Assembly (NCBI GenBank): GCA_963726745.1
Contig: CAVSDR010000002.1
Location: 288,001-352,000, forward strand
DNA length: 64,000 nt
Source of the DNA: an uncultured Verrucomicrobiae bacterium
Lineage (GTDB): Bacteria > Verrucomicrobiota > Verrucomicrobiia > Chthoniobacterales > UBA10450
Direction: 5' to 3'
Within the stretch, counting starts at the first letter, position 1. Each line of letters starts with the position of its first letter. Under the pieces are notes generated by a model. The model was not told the DNA's origin, searched no databases, and was given only the letters and a program-made list of their open reading frames with translations. Both the position numbers and the translations under genes were made by a program. This document shows, in pieces, positions 30,083 to 39,317 of this stretch.

Positions 30083-31141
30083 GTGCCTGCCGCCGCGCCA
30101 CCTCGCGCCATCATCCATCTCGACATGGACTGCTTTTACGCGGCCATCGAGGTGCGCGACCGGCCGGAGCTGCGCGGGAAACCGGTGGGCGTGGGCGGGC
30201 GCGGCCAGCGCGGCGTCCTTACGACCTGCAACTACGAGGCGCGGAAGTTTGGGGTGCATTCAGCCATGCCGACGTTCATGGCGCTGCAACGCTGCCCGAA
30301 GTTGATCATGGTCCCGACCCGCTTCGACATCTACAAGCGCGACTCGCAGATCATCCGCGAGATCCTCCATCGCTTCTCGCCGCTGGTCGAGCCGCTCTCG
30401 CTCGACGAGGCCTACCTCGACGTGAGCGCGCATCCCGGCGCGCCGGGACCGCTCGCGGAGGTGATCCGCGCGCTCATTTTCCGGAAGACCAAACTGACCG
30501 CGTCCGCCGGGATCGGGCCGAACAAGTTGATCGCAAAAATAGCCAGCGACTTGAACAAGCCGAACGGCCAATTCGAGGTCCGCGCGGAGGACGTGCCCGA
30601 GTTTATCCGCGAGCTGCCGGTGCGGAAACTCTGGGGCATCGGCGCGGTCACGGAACAAAAGCTCGAGCGCCTCGGCGTGACCACCTGCGCGGAGCTGCAG
30701 CGCTTTTCGCGCGCGCAATTAATCGACCACTTCGGAAAGTTCGGCCTCGAACTTTACGACCAGTGTCGCGGGCTCGACGACCGCGCAGTGCACCCGGATC
30801 GCGAGCGGAAATCGCTCAGCAACGAGGAGACGTTTTCGGTCAACCTGCATTCGTTAGGCGACTGCGAGGAGAAATTGCCGGAGCTCTACGAGGAACTGGC
30901 GGCGGAGTTGCAGCGGAAGGCGGCCGACCGGGTAATCACGAAGATTTTTGTGAAGCTCAAGTTCACCGACTTCAAGCGGACCACGGTGGAACGCGCCGGG
31001 CGGAATCCGAGCTACGAGGAGTTCCGCTCGCTCCTCGCCGAAGGCTGGGCGCGCACCGGGAAAAGCGTGCGCCTGCTCGGGCTCGGCGTGCGCTTTGCCG
31101 CCACGGAAGAGGCGGAAGCGGAGCAGCTGGCGCTGCTCTAG
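30083..31141 (+). CDS. dinB: DNA polymerase IV
   Basis: IIHLDMDCFYA, YEARKFG, SLDEAYLD, NKLIAKIASDLNKPNG. Confidence 0.96.
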   Translation: MPAAAPPRAIIHLDMDCFYAAIEVRDRPELRGKPVGVGGRGQRGVLTTCNYEARKFGVHSAMPTFMALQRCPKLIMVPTRFDIYKRDSQIIREILHRFSPLVEPLSLDEAYLDVSAHPGAPGPLAEVIRALIFRKTKLTASAGIGPNKLIAKIASDLNKPNGQFEVRAEDVPEFIRELPVRKLWGIGAVTEQKLERLGVTTCAELQRFSRAQLIDHFGKFGLELYDQCRGLDDRAVHPDRERKSLSNEETFSVNLHSLGDCEEKLPELYEELAAELQRKAADRVITKIFVKLKFTDFKRTTVERAGRNPSYEEFRSLLAEGWARTGKSVRLLGLGVRFAATEEAEAEQLALL

Positions 31142-31201
31142 GCGCAGGCGCGATTGCTTGCGCCCGCGGGGTTCCCGGCCAGCGTATCGCTTCCTCTATC
31201 C

Positions 31202-32272
31202 ATGGAATCGAAACTCTTTGCTCCGCTCCGCCTGCGCGACGTCACCCTGCCCAATCGCATCGGCGTTTCGCCGATGTGCCAGTATTCCAGCCAGGACGGC
31301 TTCGCGAACGACTGGCATCTCGTCCATCTCGGCGCGCGTGCGGTCGGCGGTGCGGGTTTGATTCTGAGCGAAGCCGCGGCGGTCACGCCGGAAGGCCGGA
31401 TCAGCCCGCAGGATCTCGGGATTTGGAAAGACGAGCACGTCGAAATGCTCGCGCGCATCTTCCGTTTTCTTTCCGCCAATGGCTCGATTCCCGGCGTGCA
31501 ACTGGCCCACGCGGGACGCAAGGCAAGCACCTCTCCGCCGTGGAGCGGCGGCGAGGCGGTGAGCGAGGAAGACGGCGGTTGGCGGCCGATCTTTGCGCCG
31601 AGCGCGCTCCCGTTTGCCGAGGGCGACATCGTCCCGGAAGCGCTCGACCAGGCCGGGATCGCGCGAGTGGTCACGGCTTTCGCCGATGGCGCTCGGCGCG
31701 CCCTCCAGGCCGGTGCGCAGGTGGTCGAGGTCCATGCCGCGCATGGCTACTTGATCCACGAGTTTCTCTCGCCCTTGAGCAATCGGCGCACGGATGAATA
31801 TGGCGGCTCGTTAGGCAACCGCATGCGCCTGGCGCGCGAGGTCGTCGAGGCCGTGCGGCGGGTGTGGCCGGAGCATCTCCCGCTCTTCGTCCGCATCTCG
31901 GCGACCGACTGGGCCGAGGGCGGCTGGGACATCGATCAATCCGTCGCGCTCGCGCAGGAACTGAAGCCGCTCGGCGTGGACCTGATCGATTGCTCGACCG
32001 GCGGCGCCGTGCCGAAGGTAAAAATTCCCGTCGCGCCCGGTTATCAGGTTCCTTTCGCGGAACGGATCCGCCGCGAGGCGGAAATCCCGACGGCGGCGGT
32101 CGGCATGATCACCGCGCCGCAACAGGCGGAAGAGATTCTCGAAGCTGACCAGGCCGATCTGATCCTGATGGCGCGCGAGTTCCTCCGAGAGCCGTATTGG
32201 CCGCATGCGGCGGCGATCGAGCTCGGCGCCGAGCCCAAGCCGCCGGTGCAATACGGCCGGGCCTTCCAGTAA
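31202..32272 (+). CDS. NADH:flavin oxidoreductase (Old Yellow Enzyme, NamA/YqjM-like)
   Basis: SPMCQYS, QLAHAGRKAS, HAAHGYL, NRRTDEYGGS, PVQY. Confidence 0.93.
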   Translation: MESKLFAPLRLRDVTLPNRIGVSPMCQYSSQDGFANDWHLVHLGARAVGGAGLILSEAAAVTPEGRISPQDLGIWKDEHVEMLARIFRFLSANGSIPGVQLAHAGRKASTSPPWSGGEAVSEEDGGWRPIFAPSALPFAEGDIVPEALDQAGIARVVTAFADGARRALQAGAQVVEVHAAHGYLIHEFLSPLSNRRTDEYGGSLGNRMRLAREVVEAVRRVWPEHLPLFVRISATDWAEGGWDIDQSVALAQELKPLGVDLIDCSTGGAVPKVKIPVAPGYQVPFAERIRREAEIPTAAVGMITAPQQAEEILEADQADLILMAREFLREPYWPHAAAIELGAEPKPPVQYGRAFQ

Positions 32273-32286
32273 AATTAGCCGGCAAG

Positions 32287-33174
32287 ATGTCCTGGCCCGT
32301 CATCCTCTTTTACAAATATGTCCCGTTGGCGGACGCGGAGACCTTCACCGCGGAGCAGCGGGCGCTTTGCCAGTCGTTAGGCTTGAAAGGGCGCGTGCTG
32401 ATCGCGGCGGAAGGGATCAATGGCACGCTCGCCGGCCCGGCGGAGGCGATCGACGAATACCAGGCCGCGCTCCGGCGGGACGCGCGTTTCGCTGACGTCG
32501 ACTTCAAGGTCAGCGCAGGCGACGCGAACACCTTCCCAAAATTAGTCGTCAAGCTCCGCCGCGAGATCGTGACTCTCGGGATGCCGGAACTGCCGCCGAA
32601 CTTCGAGGGCCAGCTGGCGCCCGCGGAGTGGAAGCAGATGCTCGAGCAGGACCCGGAAGTGGTGCTGCTCGATGTGCGCAACCGTTTCGAGTCGGACGCC
32701 GGCCGCTTTGAAAACGCGGTCGTGTGCGAGATTGAAAACTTTCGCGATCTCCCGGCCTACGTCGAGCAGCTTGCCCCGCTCAAGGAGAAGAAGGTGCTGA
32801 TGTATTGCACCGGCGGGATTCGTTGCGAGAAAGCGTCGGCGCTCCTGCGCAGCCGCGGCTTCGCGCAGGTCTTCCAACTCCGCGGCGGGATCGTAACTTA
32901 CCAGGAGGAATTCGGGAACGAACACTGGCAGGGCGAATGTTTCGTCTTCGACCAGCGCATGACCGTGAAGGTCGATGACGGCCTGGTGCCGATCGGCCGT
33001 TGCGCGCACACCGGCCTAACGAGCAGTCGCTTTGTCAACTGCCTGCATGACCCGTGTCACAAGCTGTTCATCCTCGCCGAGGAGACGGAGCGCGCGAACC
33101 GCGATTTCCTCCTGTGCCCGGAGTGCTACGCGGCGGGGCGGCGCTGGGAGACGGCGGAGCGTCCGCCGCGTTGA
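32287..33174 (+). CDS. trhO: tRNA uridine(34) hydroxylase (UPF0176 rhodanese family)
   Basis: LFYKY, EGINGT, MYCTGGIRCEKAS, GECFVFD. Confidence 0.88.
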   Translation: MSWPVILFYKYVPLADAETFTAEQRALCQSLGLKGRVLIAAEGINGTLAGPAEAIDEYQAALRRDARFADVDFKVSAGDANTFPKLVVKLRREIVTLGMPELPPNFEGQLAPAEWKQMLEQDPEVVLLDVRNRFESDAGRFENAVVCEIENFRDLPAYVEQLAPLKEKKVLMYCTGGIRCEKASALLRSRGFAQVFQLRGGIVTYQEEFGNEHWQGECFVFDQRMTVKVDDGLVPIGRCAHTGLTSSRFVNCLHDPCHKLFILAEETERANRDFLLCPECYAAGRRWETAERPPR

Positions 33175-33847
33175 GCCGCTCGCCCACGTAGATCATGTGC
33201 TCGTAGCGCTTGGCGCGCTCGTGTGATTTTGCCGGATAAGACTCGGTCTCAAAGCCGGCGCGCGTAAGCATCCCGGGGAACTGCGGCTCGACCGCGGCCG
33301 ACCAGAAAGCCACGCGACCAGCCGGGCGCAGGGCGCGGTGGATCATCTCCAGGCCACGCCGCGAGTAGAGCCGGGAGTTGGCCGACTGCACAAAGGAGGT
33401 TGGCCCGTTGTCGACATCCAGCAGGATCGCGTCGTAAGCCTGCTCGCCGTGGCTGCGTTTGATGATCGCATGGACGTCGGCCACGAAAATCTCCACGCGC
33501 GGATCGTTCACCCAGCCCGCGTGCTTCGCGCCGAGCAGCTCGCGATTCCACCGCACCACTTCCGGCAACAGTTCCGCCACGTGCACCACCCCGCGCTCGC
33601 CCACCAGCTCGAGCGTGCGCTGCAGGCTAAAGCCGAGGCCGAGCCCGCCGATGAGCACGCGCGGCGCGGTCCGTGAGGCGACGTATTGGCAGGCCTTGTC
33701 GGCGAGCATAATCTCCGAGCTGGTCGAAGTGGTGCTCATGAGCTGGCGGCCGTTGAGCTTCAGGAAATACTCGCCGTCGTGCTCGTGCAGCGAGAGGCGC
33801 GAACCGTCGGGCGTTTGCACTTCACCGAGATTGCGGAACGGGATCAT
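33068..33847 (-). CDS. Spermidine-synthase-like SAM-dependent methyltransferase
   Basis: VLIGGLGLGF, AELLPEVVRWN, DAILLDVDNGP. Confidence 0.85.
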   Translation of the reverse strand: MIPFRNLGEVQTPDGSRLSLHEHDGEYFLKLNGRQLMSTTSTSSEIMLADKACQYVASRTAPRVLIGGLGLGFSLQRTLELVGERGVVHVAELLPEVVRWNRELLGAKHAGWVNDPRVEIFVADVHAIIKRSHGEQAYDAILLDVDNGPTSFVQSANSRLYSRRGLEMIHRALRPAGRVAFWSAAVEPQFPGMLTRAGFETESYPAKSHERAKRYEHMIYVGERLNAADAPPSPSAAPPRSTPGTGGNRGSRAPSPRRG

Positions 33848-34716
33848 CGCATGAGCCTTTCGAGGTCGACTGGAAGCGGCGATTCGAAGCGCATCTCTTC
33901 GCCGGTGACAGGATGCGGGAAGACCAAGCCGACCGCGTGCAGCGCGAGGCGATGCGCGGGGTTGGTCTTCGCATGGTATTTTTCGTCGCCGAGAATCGGG
34001 TGGCCGAGGTCAGCCAGTTGCACGCGAATCTGGTGGCGTCGGCCGGTTTCGAGTTCCAACGAAACCAGCGTGCGCTTGGCCGCGCGCTTGAGCACGCGGT
34101 AACGGGTGAGCGCGTGCCGCGTTTGCTCGCTCCGCGGCGCGCTGTGCACGCGGTAGGGATTGGTCTCGTCGAGGTGGGAATCGAGCACGCCCTCGTCGCT
34201 GGCCATGCGTCCTTCCACGATCGCCTCGTAGCGCTTGGTCACGTTTTCCCAGCCGCCTTGCAGGGTCGCTTTCGCTTCCGGCGTCTTCGCGAAAACCATC
34301 AGCCCGGAGGTTTCCTTGTCGAGCCGATGGACAATCCAGATGCGGTCGCGCGCGTGATCCTTCCCTTGCCGCAAGTAGGCGGTCAGCTGGAAATAGGCGG
34401 TCTTCTCATCCTCGGCCACGCTCGCCACGCTCAGGAGATTCTCCGGCTTGTCGATCACGATCAAGCTGGCGTCCTCGTGATAGACCTTCATCCCGGAGGC
34501 GAGTTTGGTCTTGGGGATGGCAAAGCGGTCGGTGCGAATTGCGACCACGTCGCCCGCGGCTAACGAGTGGTTGAATTGCGAGGTCGGGCGACCGTTGACC
34601 GTGACGGCCTGATGCTTCAGCCAGGTGCGGATCTGCTTCTTCTTCAGTTCCGGCCACTGCGCGAAGAGGAAGCTGAGTAATTCAGCCGGCTCGGCGACAG
34701 TGACAGGCTTGGGCAC
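33844..34716 (-). CDS. RluA-family pseudouridine synthase
   Basis: S4 domain, VHRLDKETSG, TGRRHQIR, GDEKY. Confidence 0.94.
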   Translation of the reverse strand: MPKPVTVAEPAELLSFLFAQWPELKKKQIRTWLKHQAVTVNGRPTSQFNHSLAAGDVVAIRTDRFAIPKTKLASGMKVYHEDASLIVIDKPENLLSVASVAEDEKTAYFQLTAYLRQGKDHARDRIWIVHRLDKETSGLMVFAKTPEAKATLQGGWENVTKRYEAIVEGRMASDEGVLDSHLDETNPYRVHSAPRSEQTRHALTRYRVLKRAAKRTLVSLELETGRRHQIRVQLADLGHPILGDEKYHAKTNPAHRLALHAVGLVFPHPVTGEEMRFESPLPVDLERLMR

Positions 34717-34720
34717 AGGG

Positions 34721-35485
34721 CTACTTCGCCCAGTTTGGCGGACGTTTCTCGAGAAAAGCGGCCACGCCTTCCTTCGCTTCAGAGGATTCGCGCGCCTGCA
34801 TGTGGTGGCTGAGCGCGTGCTCGATGTCCGCCTTCACCGGCGTGCTCCAAAGCTGCTCGAGCAGGCGCTTGGAATTAGCCAGCGCGCCGGGAGCGCCTTG
34901 CCGAATGTTGTCGGCTATTTTTTGCACCTCCGCCTCGAGCGCGTCGGCGGAAACGACCCGATTAAGCAGGCCGATCTCGAGCGCGCGCCGCGCGTCGATG
35001 ATCTCGGAAAGGAGCAGGAGCTCGCGCGCGTCGCGTTCGCGAAGTTGCCGCCGGAGGAAAGTCATGACCAAGCCCGCGACCAGGCCGCGACGCACTTCCG
35101 GGTAGCCGATCTTGGTCCCCTCGGCCGCGACTGCGAAGTCGCAGGCCGACATGATTCCTGCGCCGCCCGCCACGGCCGCGCCGTGCACTTGCGCGATCGT
35201 GATCAGGCGCGTCTGGCTCAACGCGAGCAATGTTTTCGCCACCAAACCGGCGGACTCGTGTGCGCGTTCCGGGATCTTGGTCTCGTTCATGTCGAGCCCG
35301 GCGCAAAAGGCCGGGCCGGCGCCGCGCAGGATCAGGATGCGCTGCGTCTCATCCTTCTCCGCGGCGCTGATCGCGTCGGTTAATTCCGTCATCAATTCGA
35401 TCGTCAGGGCATTGCGCCGTTCCGGGCGATTCAGCGTCAGGCGGGTCGTGTGCGGCGTTTGTTTTTCGATTTGGACGACGGGCAT
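34721..35485 (-). CDS. Enoyl-CoA hydratase (methylglutaconyl-CoA hydratase-like)
   Basis: LNRPERRNAL, FCAGLD, AGGAG, PEVRRG, EGVAAFLEKR. Confidence 0.9.
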   Translation of the reverse strand: MPVVQIEKQTPHTTRLTLNRPERRNALTIELMTELTDAISAAEKDETQRILILRGAGPAFCAGLDMNETKIPERAHESAGLVAKTLLALSQTRLITIAQVHGAAVAGGAGIMSACDFAVAAEGTKIGYPEVRRGLVAGLVMTFLRRQLRERDARELLLLSEIIDARRALEIGLLNRVVSADALEAEVQKIADNIRQGAPGALANSKRLLEQLWSTPVKADIEHALSHHMQARESSEAKEGVAAFLEKRPPNWAK

Positions 35486-35501
35486 GCTAAAGGGTTCCGT
35501 C

Positions 35502-36335
35502 ATGAGCGAATCCGTCAAGCTGATCGAATGTCCGCGCGACGCCTGGCAGGGCCTGCCGGACTTCATTCCCACGGAGCGGAAAGTGGAGTATCTGCGCGGG
35601 CTGATCGCCGCCGGCTTTCGGCATCTCGACGCGGTCAGTTTCGTTTCGCCCAAGGCGGTGCCGCAGATGGCCGACAGCGAGGAAGTGCTCGCGCAACTCG
35701 GGCCGCAGCCAGGCGTCGAGATCATCGGCATCGTGGTGAATGAAAAAGGCGCGGAGCGTGCGCTCGCCACGGGCGCGGTGACCACGCTCGGCTTCCCCTG
35801 CTCCATCTCCGAGACTTTCCTGCAGCGAAATCAAAAGCAGTCGTTAGGCGAGAACGCCGCCATGCTCGAGAAAATTAGCCGGCAAGCTCACGCCGCCGGC
35901 TTGCAGGTGGTCGCTTACATCTCGATGGCTTTCGGCAATCCTTATGGCGACCCGTGGAGCGAAGCCGCGGTCGCGGAAGCCGCCAGGCGGCTCGCGGCTG
36001 TTGGCGTCGAAGCCGTTTCGCTCGCGGATACCACCGGCGCGGCCGATGCAGCATTGGTCGCGCGGGTGGTCGCGGCAGTGCAGCTCGATTGCGAAGTCGG
36101 CGTGCACCTGCACAGCACGCGCGCCGCGGCCGCGGAGAAGATTCTCGCGGCCTACGACGCCGGTTGCCGGCGCTTTGACTCCGCGCTCGGCGGACAGGGC
36201 GGCTGCCCGTTTGCGCAGGATGAACTCGTCGGCAACCTCCCGACCGAGGAAGTGGTCGTCGCACTGCGGCAACGAGGAGTCGATCCGGGCGTTCGGACAG
36301 ATTTACCGTTGGTCAACGGTAGAAATACCGGCTAA
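35502..36335 (+). CDS. Hydroxymethylglutaryl-CoA lyase
   Basis: ECPRDAWQG, SFVSPKAVPQMAD, HLHS, GGCPFA, GNLPTE. Confidence 0.92.
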   Translation: MSESVKLIECPRDAWQGLPDFIPTERKVEYLRGLIAAGFRHLDAVSFVSPKAVPQMADSEEVLAQLGPQPGVEIIGIVVNEKGAERALATGAVTTLGFPCSISETFLQRNQKQSLGENAAMLEKISRQAHAAGLQVVAYISMAFGNPYGDPWSEAAVAEAARRLAAVGVEAVSLADTTGAADAALVARVVAAVQLDCEVGVHLHSTRAAAAEKILAAYDAGCRRFDSALGGQGGCPFAQDELVGNLPTEEVVVALRQRGVDPGVRTDLPLVNGRNTG

Positions 36336-36338
36336 GCT
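36304..36338 (+). promoter_or_regulatory. Palindromic operator and promoter of the TA operon
   Basis: TACCGTTG-GT-CAACGGTA perfect inverted repeat; TAAGCT -10 box 6 nt before the antitoxin ATG. Confidence 0.6.
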
Positions 36339-36344
36339 CAAGCC

Positions 36345-36776
36345 ATGGCTCGCAGCTCGACTCTTCGCAGGACAGCGCCGGTTCCGCGTGTGGCCACACT
36401 CGCTGCTCTGCCTTCGCTCGAACAGATCGACGCTATCCGCGGCGGCGTCGCCGCCCAGATTTTCGACCAGATCGCGACCGCACTCGGCGTGGCCAAGGAA
36501 ACGCTCGCGCGGGCCTTGAACATCAACGCGCAAACCTTGCGGAAGCGGAAGTCGCAGATTCTCTCGGCCGACGAAGCGGAGAAGACGCTCCGAGTCGCGC
36601 GCGTCTTCGCCTTCGCCGCGGAAGTGCTCGGCGGCGAAGAAGAGGCGCGCACCTGGCTAAACCAAAAAGTCCCCGCACTCGCAGGCAAACGGCCACTCGA
36701 TTTGCTCGACACGGATGTCGGCGCGCAGGAGGTGACGAACCTTCTCGGCGGCATCAAATGGGGCCTGTATGCGTGA
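36345..36776 (+). CDS. Xre/MbcA/ParS-type antitoxin
   Basis: N-terminal HTH; C-terminal ARTWL...PALAGKRPLDLLDT..G...V. Confidence 0.92.
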   Translation: MARSSTLRRTAPVPRVATLAALPSLEQIDAIRGGVAAQIFDQIATALGVAKETLARALNINAQTLRKRKSQILSADEAEKTLRVARVFAFAAEVLGGEEEARTWLNQKVPALAGKRPLDLLDTDVGAQEVTNLLGGIKWGLYA

Positions 36777-37228
36777 AGTTGTATCGTCTCGAAGCACTCG
36801 CGCGCGCGAAGCCGGCGCAGGCCTTTAGCGGCGAAGGCGGCCTCCATTTCGCCGGTCGCTGGAATTCGCGCGGCACCCGGATGGTTTACACGTCCAGTTC
36901 CGCCGCGCTCGCCTGCTTGGAAACGCTGGTGCACATGCAGGCGCTACCGGTGCCGGCGGAGCGCTGGCTCTTCACGGTCGACGTGCCGGATGAATTCGTG
37001 GACACGCTCCCATCGCCGCCCAAAGGCTGGGACGTCGAGCCGGCTGGGCCCGTGAGCCGAACCGCGGGCGATGCCTGGGTTGCGGCTGCACGCAGCGTGG
37101 TCTTGCTGGTTCCGAGCACGGTCGTGCCGCTGGAGCAAAACGCGTTGCTCAATCCGCGGCATCCGCAGTTCAAGCTGAGCTGGGTCGGGAAGCCACAGCG
37201 CTTCCGCTACGATCCGCGGCTAAAATAG
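36773..37228 (+). CDS. RES-domain toxin (NAD+ phosphorylase family)
   Basis: SGEGG..GRWN, YTSSSAALACLE, VPS.VVP.E.N.LLNP.H, DPRL; GTGA overlap with the antitoxin. Confidence 0.93.
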   Translation: MKLYRLEALARAKPAQAFSGEGGLHFAGRWNSRGTRMVYTSSSAALACLETLVHMQALPVPAERWLFTVDVPDEFVDTLPSPPKGWDVEPAGPVSRTAGDAWVAAARSVVLLVPSTVVPLEQNALLNPRHPQFKLSWVGKPQRFRYDPRLK

Positions 37229-37237
37229 CCGGCAATC

Positions 37238-38869
37238 TCAGACCTGGACCACACCGGTGTGGAAGCGCGCCTTCGGCATCGGCCGCGAGACGTAACCCAG
37301 CAAACGCGTGAGGACGTCGCGGGTCTCGTGCGGCTGAATGATCGCGTCGACCCAGCCGCGCGCGGCGCCGTAGCGGATGTCGGTTTGCTCCTCGTAACTT
37401 TTTTTCACCGTCGCGCGCAGTTCCTCGAGCTCTTCTGGAGTCGACTTCTTGTCGCCGCGATCCCGCGCGCGGGCGAGCACGCTGAAGACGGTATCGGACG
37501 CCTGGGCCGCGCCCATGACCGCGTAGCGCGAGTTCGGCCAGGCGAGGATGAAGCGCGGATCGTAGGCCTTCCCGCAGAGCGCATAGTTGCCCGCGCCGAA
37601 GGAGCCGCCGACGACCACGGTGATCTTGGGCACGGTCGAGTTGCTGACGGCGTTCACTAATTTCGCGCCGCTTCGAATGATCCCGCTTTGCTCGGCATCG
37701 CGTCCGACCATAAAGCCGGTTACGTCCTGGAAGAAAATGATCGGCAGCCCGGTCTGGTTGCAGTCCATGATGAAACGCGCGGCCTTGTCGGCGCTGTCGG
37801 CGTAAATCACTCCGCCCATCTGGATGCCTTCCTTTTTCGTCCGCACCGGCTGGCGCTGCGAAGCGACAATGCCAACCGGCCGACCGCCGATGCGCGCGTA
37901 AGTCGTAACCAGCGTCTTGCCGTAGTCGGCCTTGTATTCGTCGAGCGAGTCGGCGTCGATGATCGTCGCCAGGAGGTCGCGCGTGTCGTAGGTCTTGTGG
38001 CCGTCGAGGCTGATGATGTCGTAGACCGCGTCGGCTTCCTTTGCGGCCTTGAACTTCTCCGGCTTGGGCGCGTGCTTCGCGGCCTCGGCCTCGGGAAGAA
38101 GCGCGACTAACGAGCGCAAACGCTTGAGGCAGGACTCGTCGTTCTTCTCGTAAAAGTCGACCGTGCCGCTGATCTCCGCGTGCATCTTGGCGCCGCCAAG
38201 TTCCTCGGCCTCGATCTCCTGGCCAATGGCGGCCTTGACTAACGAGGGGCCGGCCAAGTAGAGGCCGCTCCCTTCGGTCATGAGGATCTTGTCGCACAGC
38301 ACCGGGAGATACGCGCCGCCCGCGACGCAATTGCCCATGATCGCGGCGAACTGCGGGATGCCTGCGGCAGAGATCACGGAGTTATTGCGGAAGATGCGCC
38401 CAAAGTCGTCTTCATCCGGGAAAATCTCGTCCTGCATCGGCAGGAAAACGCCCGCGGAGTCGACCAGGTAGATGATCGGCAGGTTGCACTCGAAGCCGAT
38501 GCGCTGGGCGCGGATGAGCTTTTTTGCGGTCTGGGGGAAAAACGCGCCGGCCTTCACGGTGGCGTCGTTCGCGATGATCATGCAGGGAATGCCCGCGACC
38601 TTGCCGATGCCGGCGATGGAACCGGCGGCGGGGATTTTGCCCCACTGCTCATACATCTTGTGCGCGGCCCAGAGGCCGACCTCGAAAAACTGCGCGTCCT
38701 GGTCGAGCAGCCGCGCGATGCGTTCGCGGGCGAAAAGGCGGCCGAGCTTGTGCTGGCGATCCTGGCCGGCTTTACCGCCGCCTTCGCGAAGGACGGCTTC
38801 TTCTTCGGCAATGGTGGCGCACCAGGCGCGGAGGGAATCAGACGACGAGACGGCAGCAGCGCGAGACAT
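37238..38869 (-). CDS. Acyl-CoA carboxylase carboxyltransferase (methylcrotonyl-CoA carboxylase beta-like)
   Basis: ANDATVKAG, GNCVAGGAY, QDVTGFMVG, GAGNYALCG, ARGWVDAII. Confidence 0.92.
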   Translation of the reverse strand: MSRAAAVSSSDSLRAWCATIAEEEAVLREGGGKAGQDRQHKLGRLFARERIARLLDQDAQFFEVGLWAAHKMYEQWGKIPAAGSIAGIGKVAGIPCMIIANDATVKAGAFFPQTAKKLIRAQRIGFECNLPIIYLVDSAGVFLPMQDEIFPDEDDFGRIFRNNSVISAAGIPQFAAIMGNCVAGGAYLPVLCDKILMTEGSGLYLAGPSLVKAAIGQEIEAEELGGAKMHAEISGTVDFYEKNDESCLKRLRSLVALLPEAEAAKHAPKPEKFKAAKEADAVYDIISLDGHKTYDTRDLLATIIDADSLDEYKADYGKTLVTTYARIGGRPVGIVASQRQPVRTKKEGIQMGGVIYADSADKAARFIMDCNQTGLPIIFFQDVTGFMVGRDAEQSGIIRSGAKLVNAVSNSTVPKITVVVGGSFGAGNYALCGKAYDPRFILAWPNSRYAVMGAAQASDTVFSVLARARDRGDKKSTPEELEELRATVKKSYEEQTDIRYGAARGWVDAIIQPHETRDVLTRLLGYVSRPMPKARFHTGVVQV

Positions 38870-38922
38870 GAGGCAAGACGGGTAAGCCGCCGGCTTGCCG
38901 GAAGCAAGCCTCGGCGCGCCCG

Positions 38923-39228
38923 CTAGTAGATCTCGTCGTCTTCCGAGCTATAGCCAGAATCGCCCCGGATCGAGCGCAAACGCGCGCGCGTCGCCCGGTC
39001 GGACTCGGGGCGATTGATCCGCTCCATCGCCAGCCTAACGAGCAGTGGCACAGCCGCAATGGCACCGACACTGACGAGCGCAATCGCGGTCGCCTGCCGC
39101 ACCGGCTGGCGGATTCGGTCGGCTACCAGCATTCCGATGCCCAGCCCGAAAGCGGTGCGCGTGAGAAGCAAAAGTCCGTCCAGCGGAACGGGATCAGCCG
39201 TTTTCGGAATGGATATCGAGAGAGACAT
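38923..39228 (-). CDS. Hypothetical membrane protein
   Basis: Two hydrophobic segments, acidic tail. Confidence 0.7.
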   Translation of the reverse strand: MSLSISIPKTADPVPLDGLLLLTRTAFGLGIGMLVADRIRQPVRQATAIALVSVGAIAAVPLLVRLAMERINRPESDRATRARLRSIRGDSGYSSEDDEIY

Positions 39229-39317
39229 CGCTACCCTTATACAAGCCGCGCCCCAAAAATAAATGGGAAATCTCCAAGCTCTTTCCGATCGACCCGCGCG
39301 GCCTCGTTAATCCGAAA

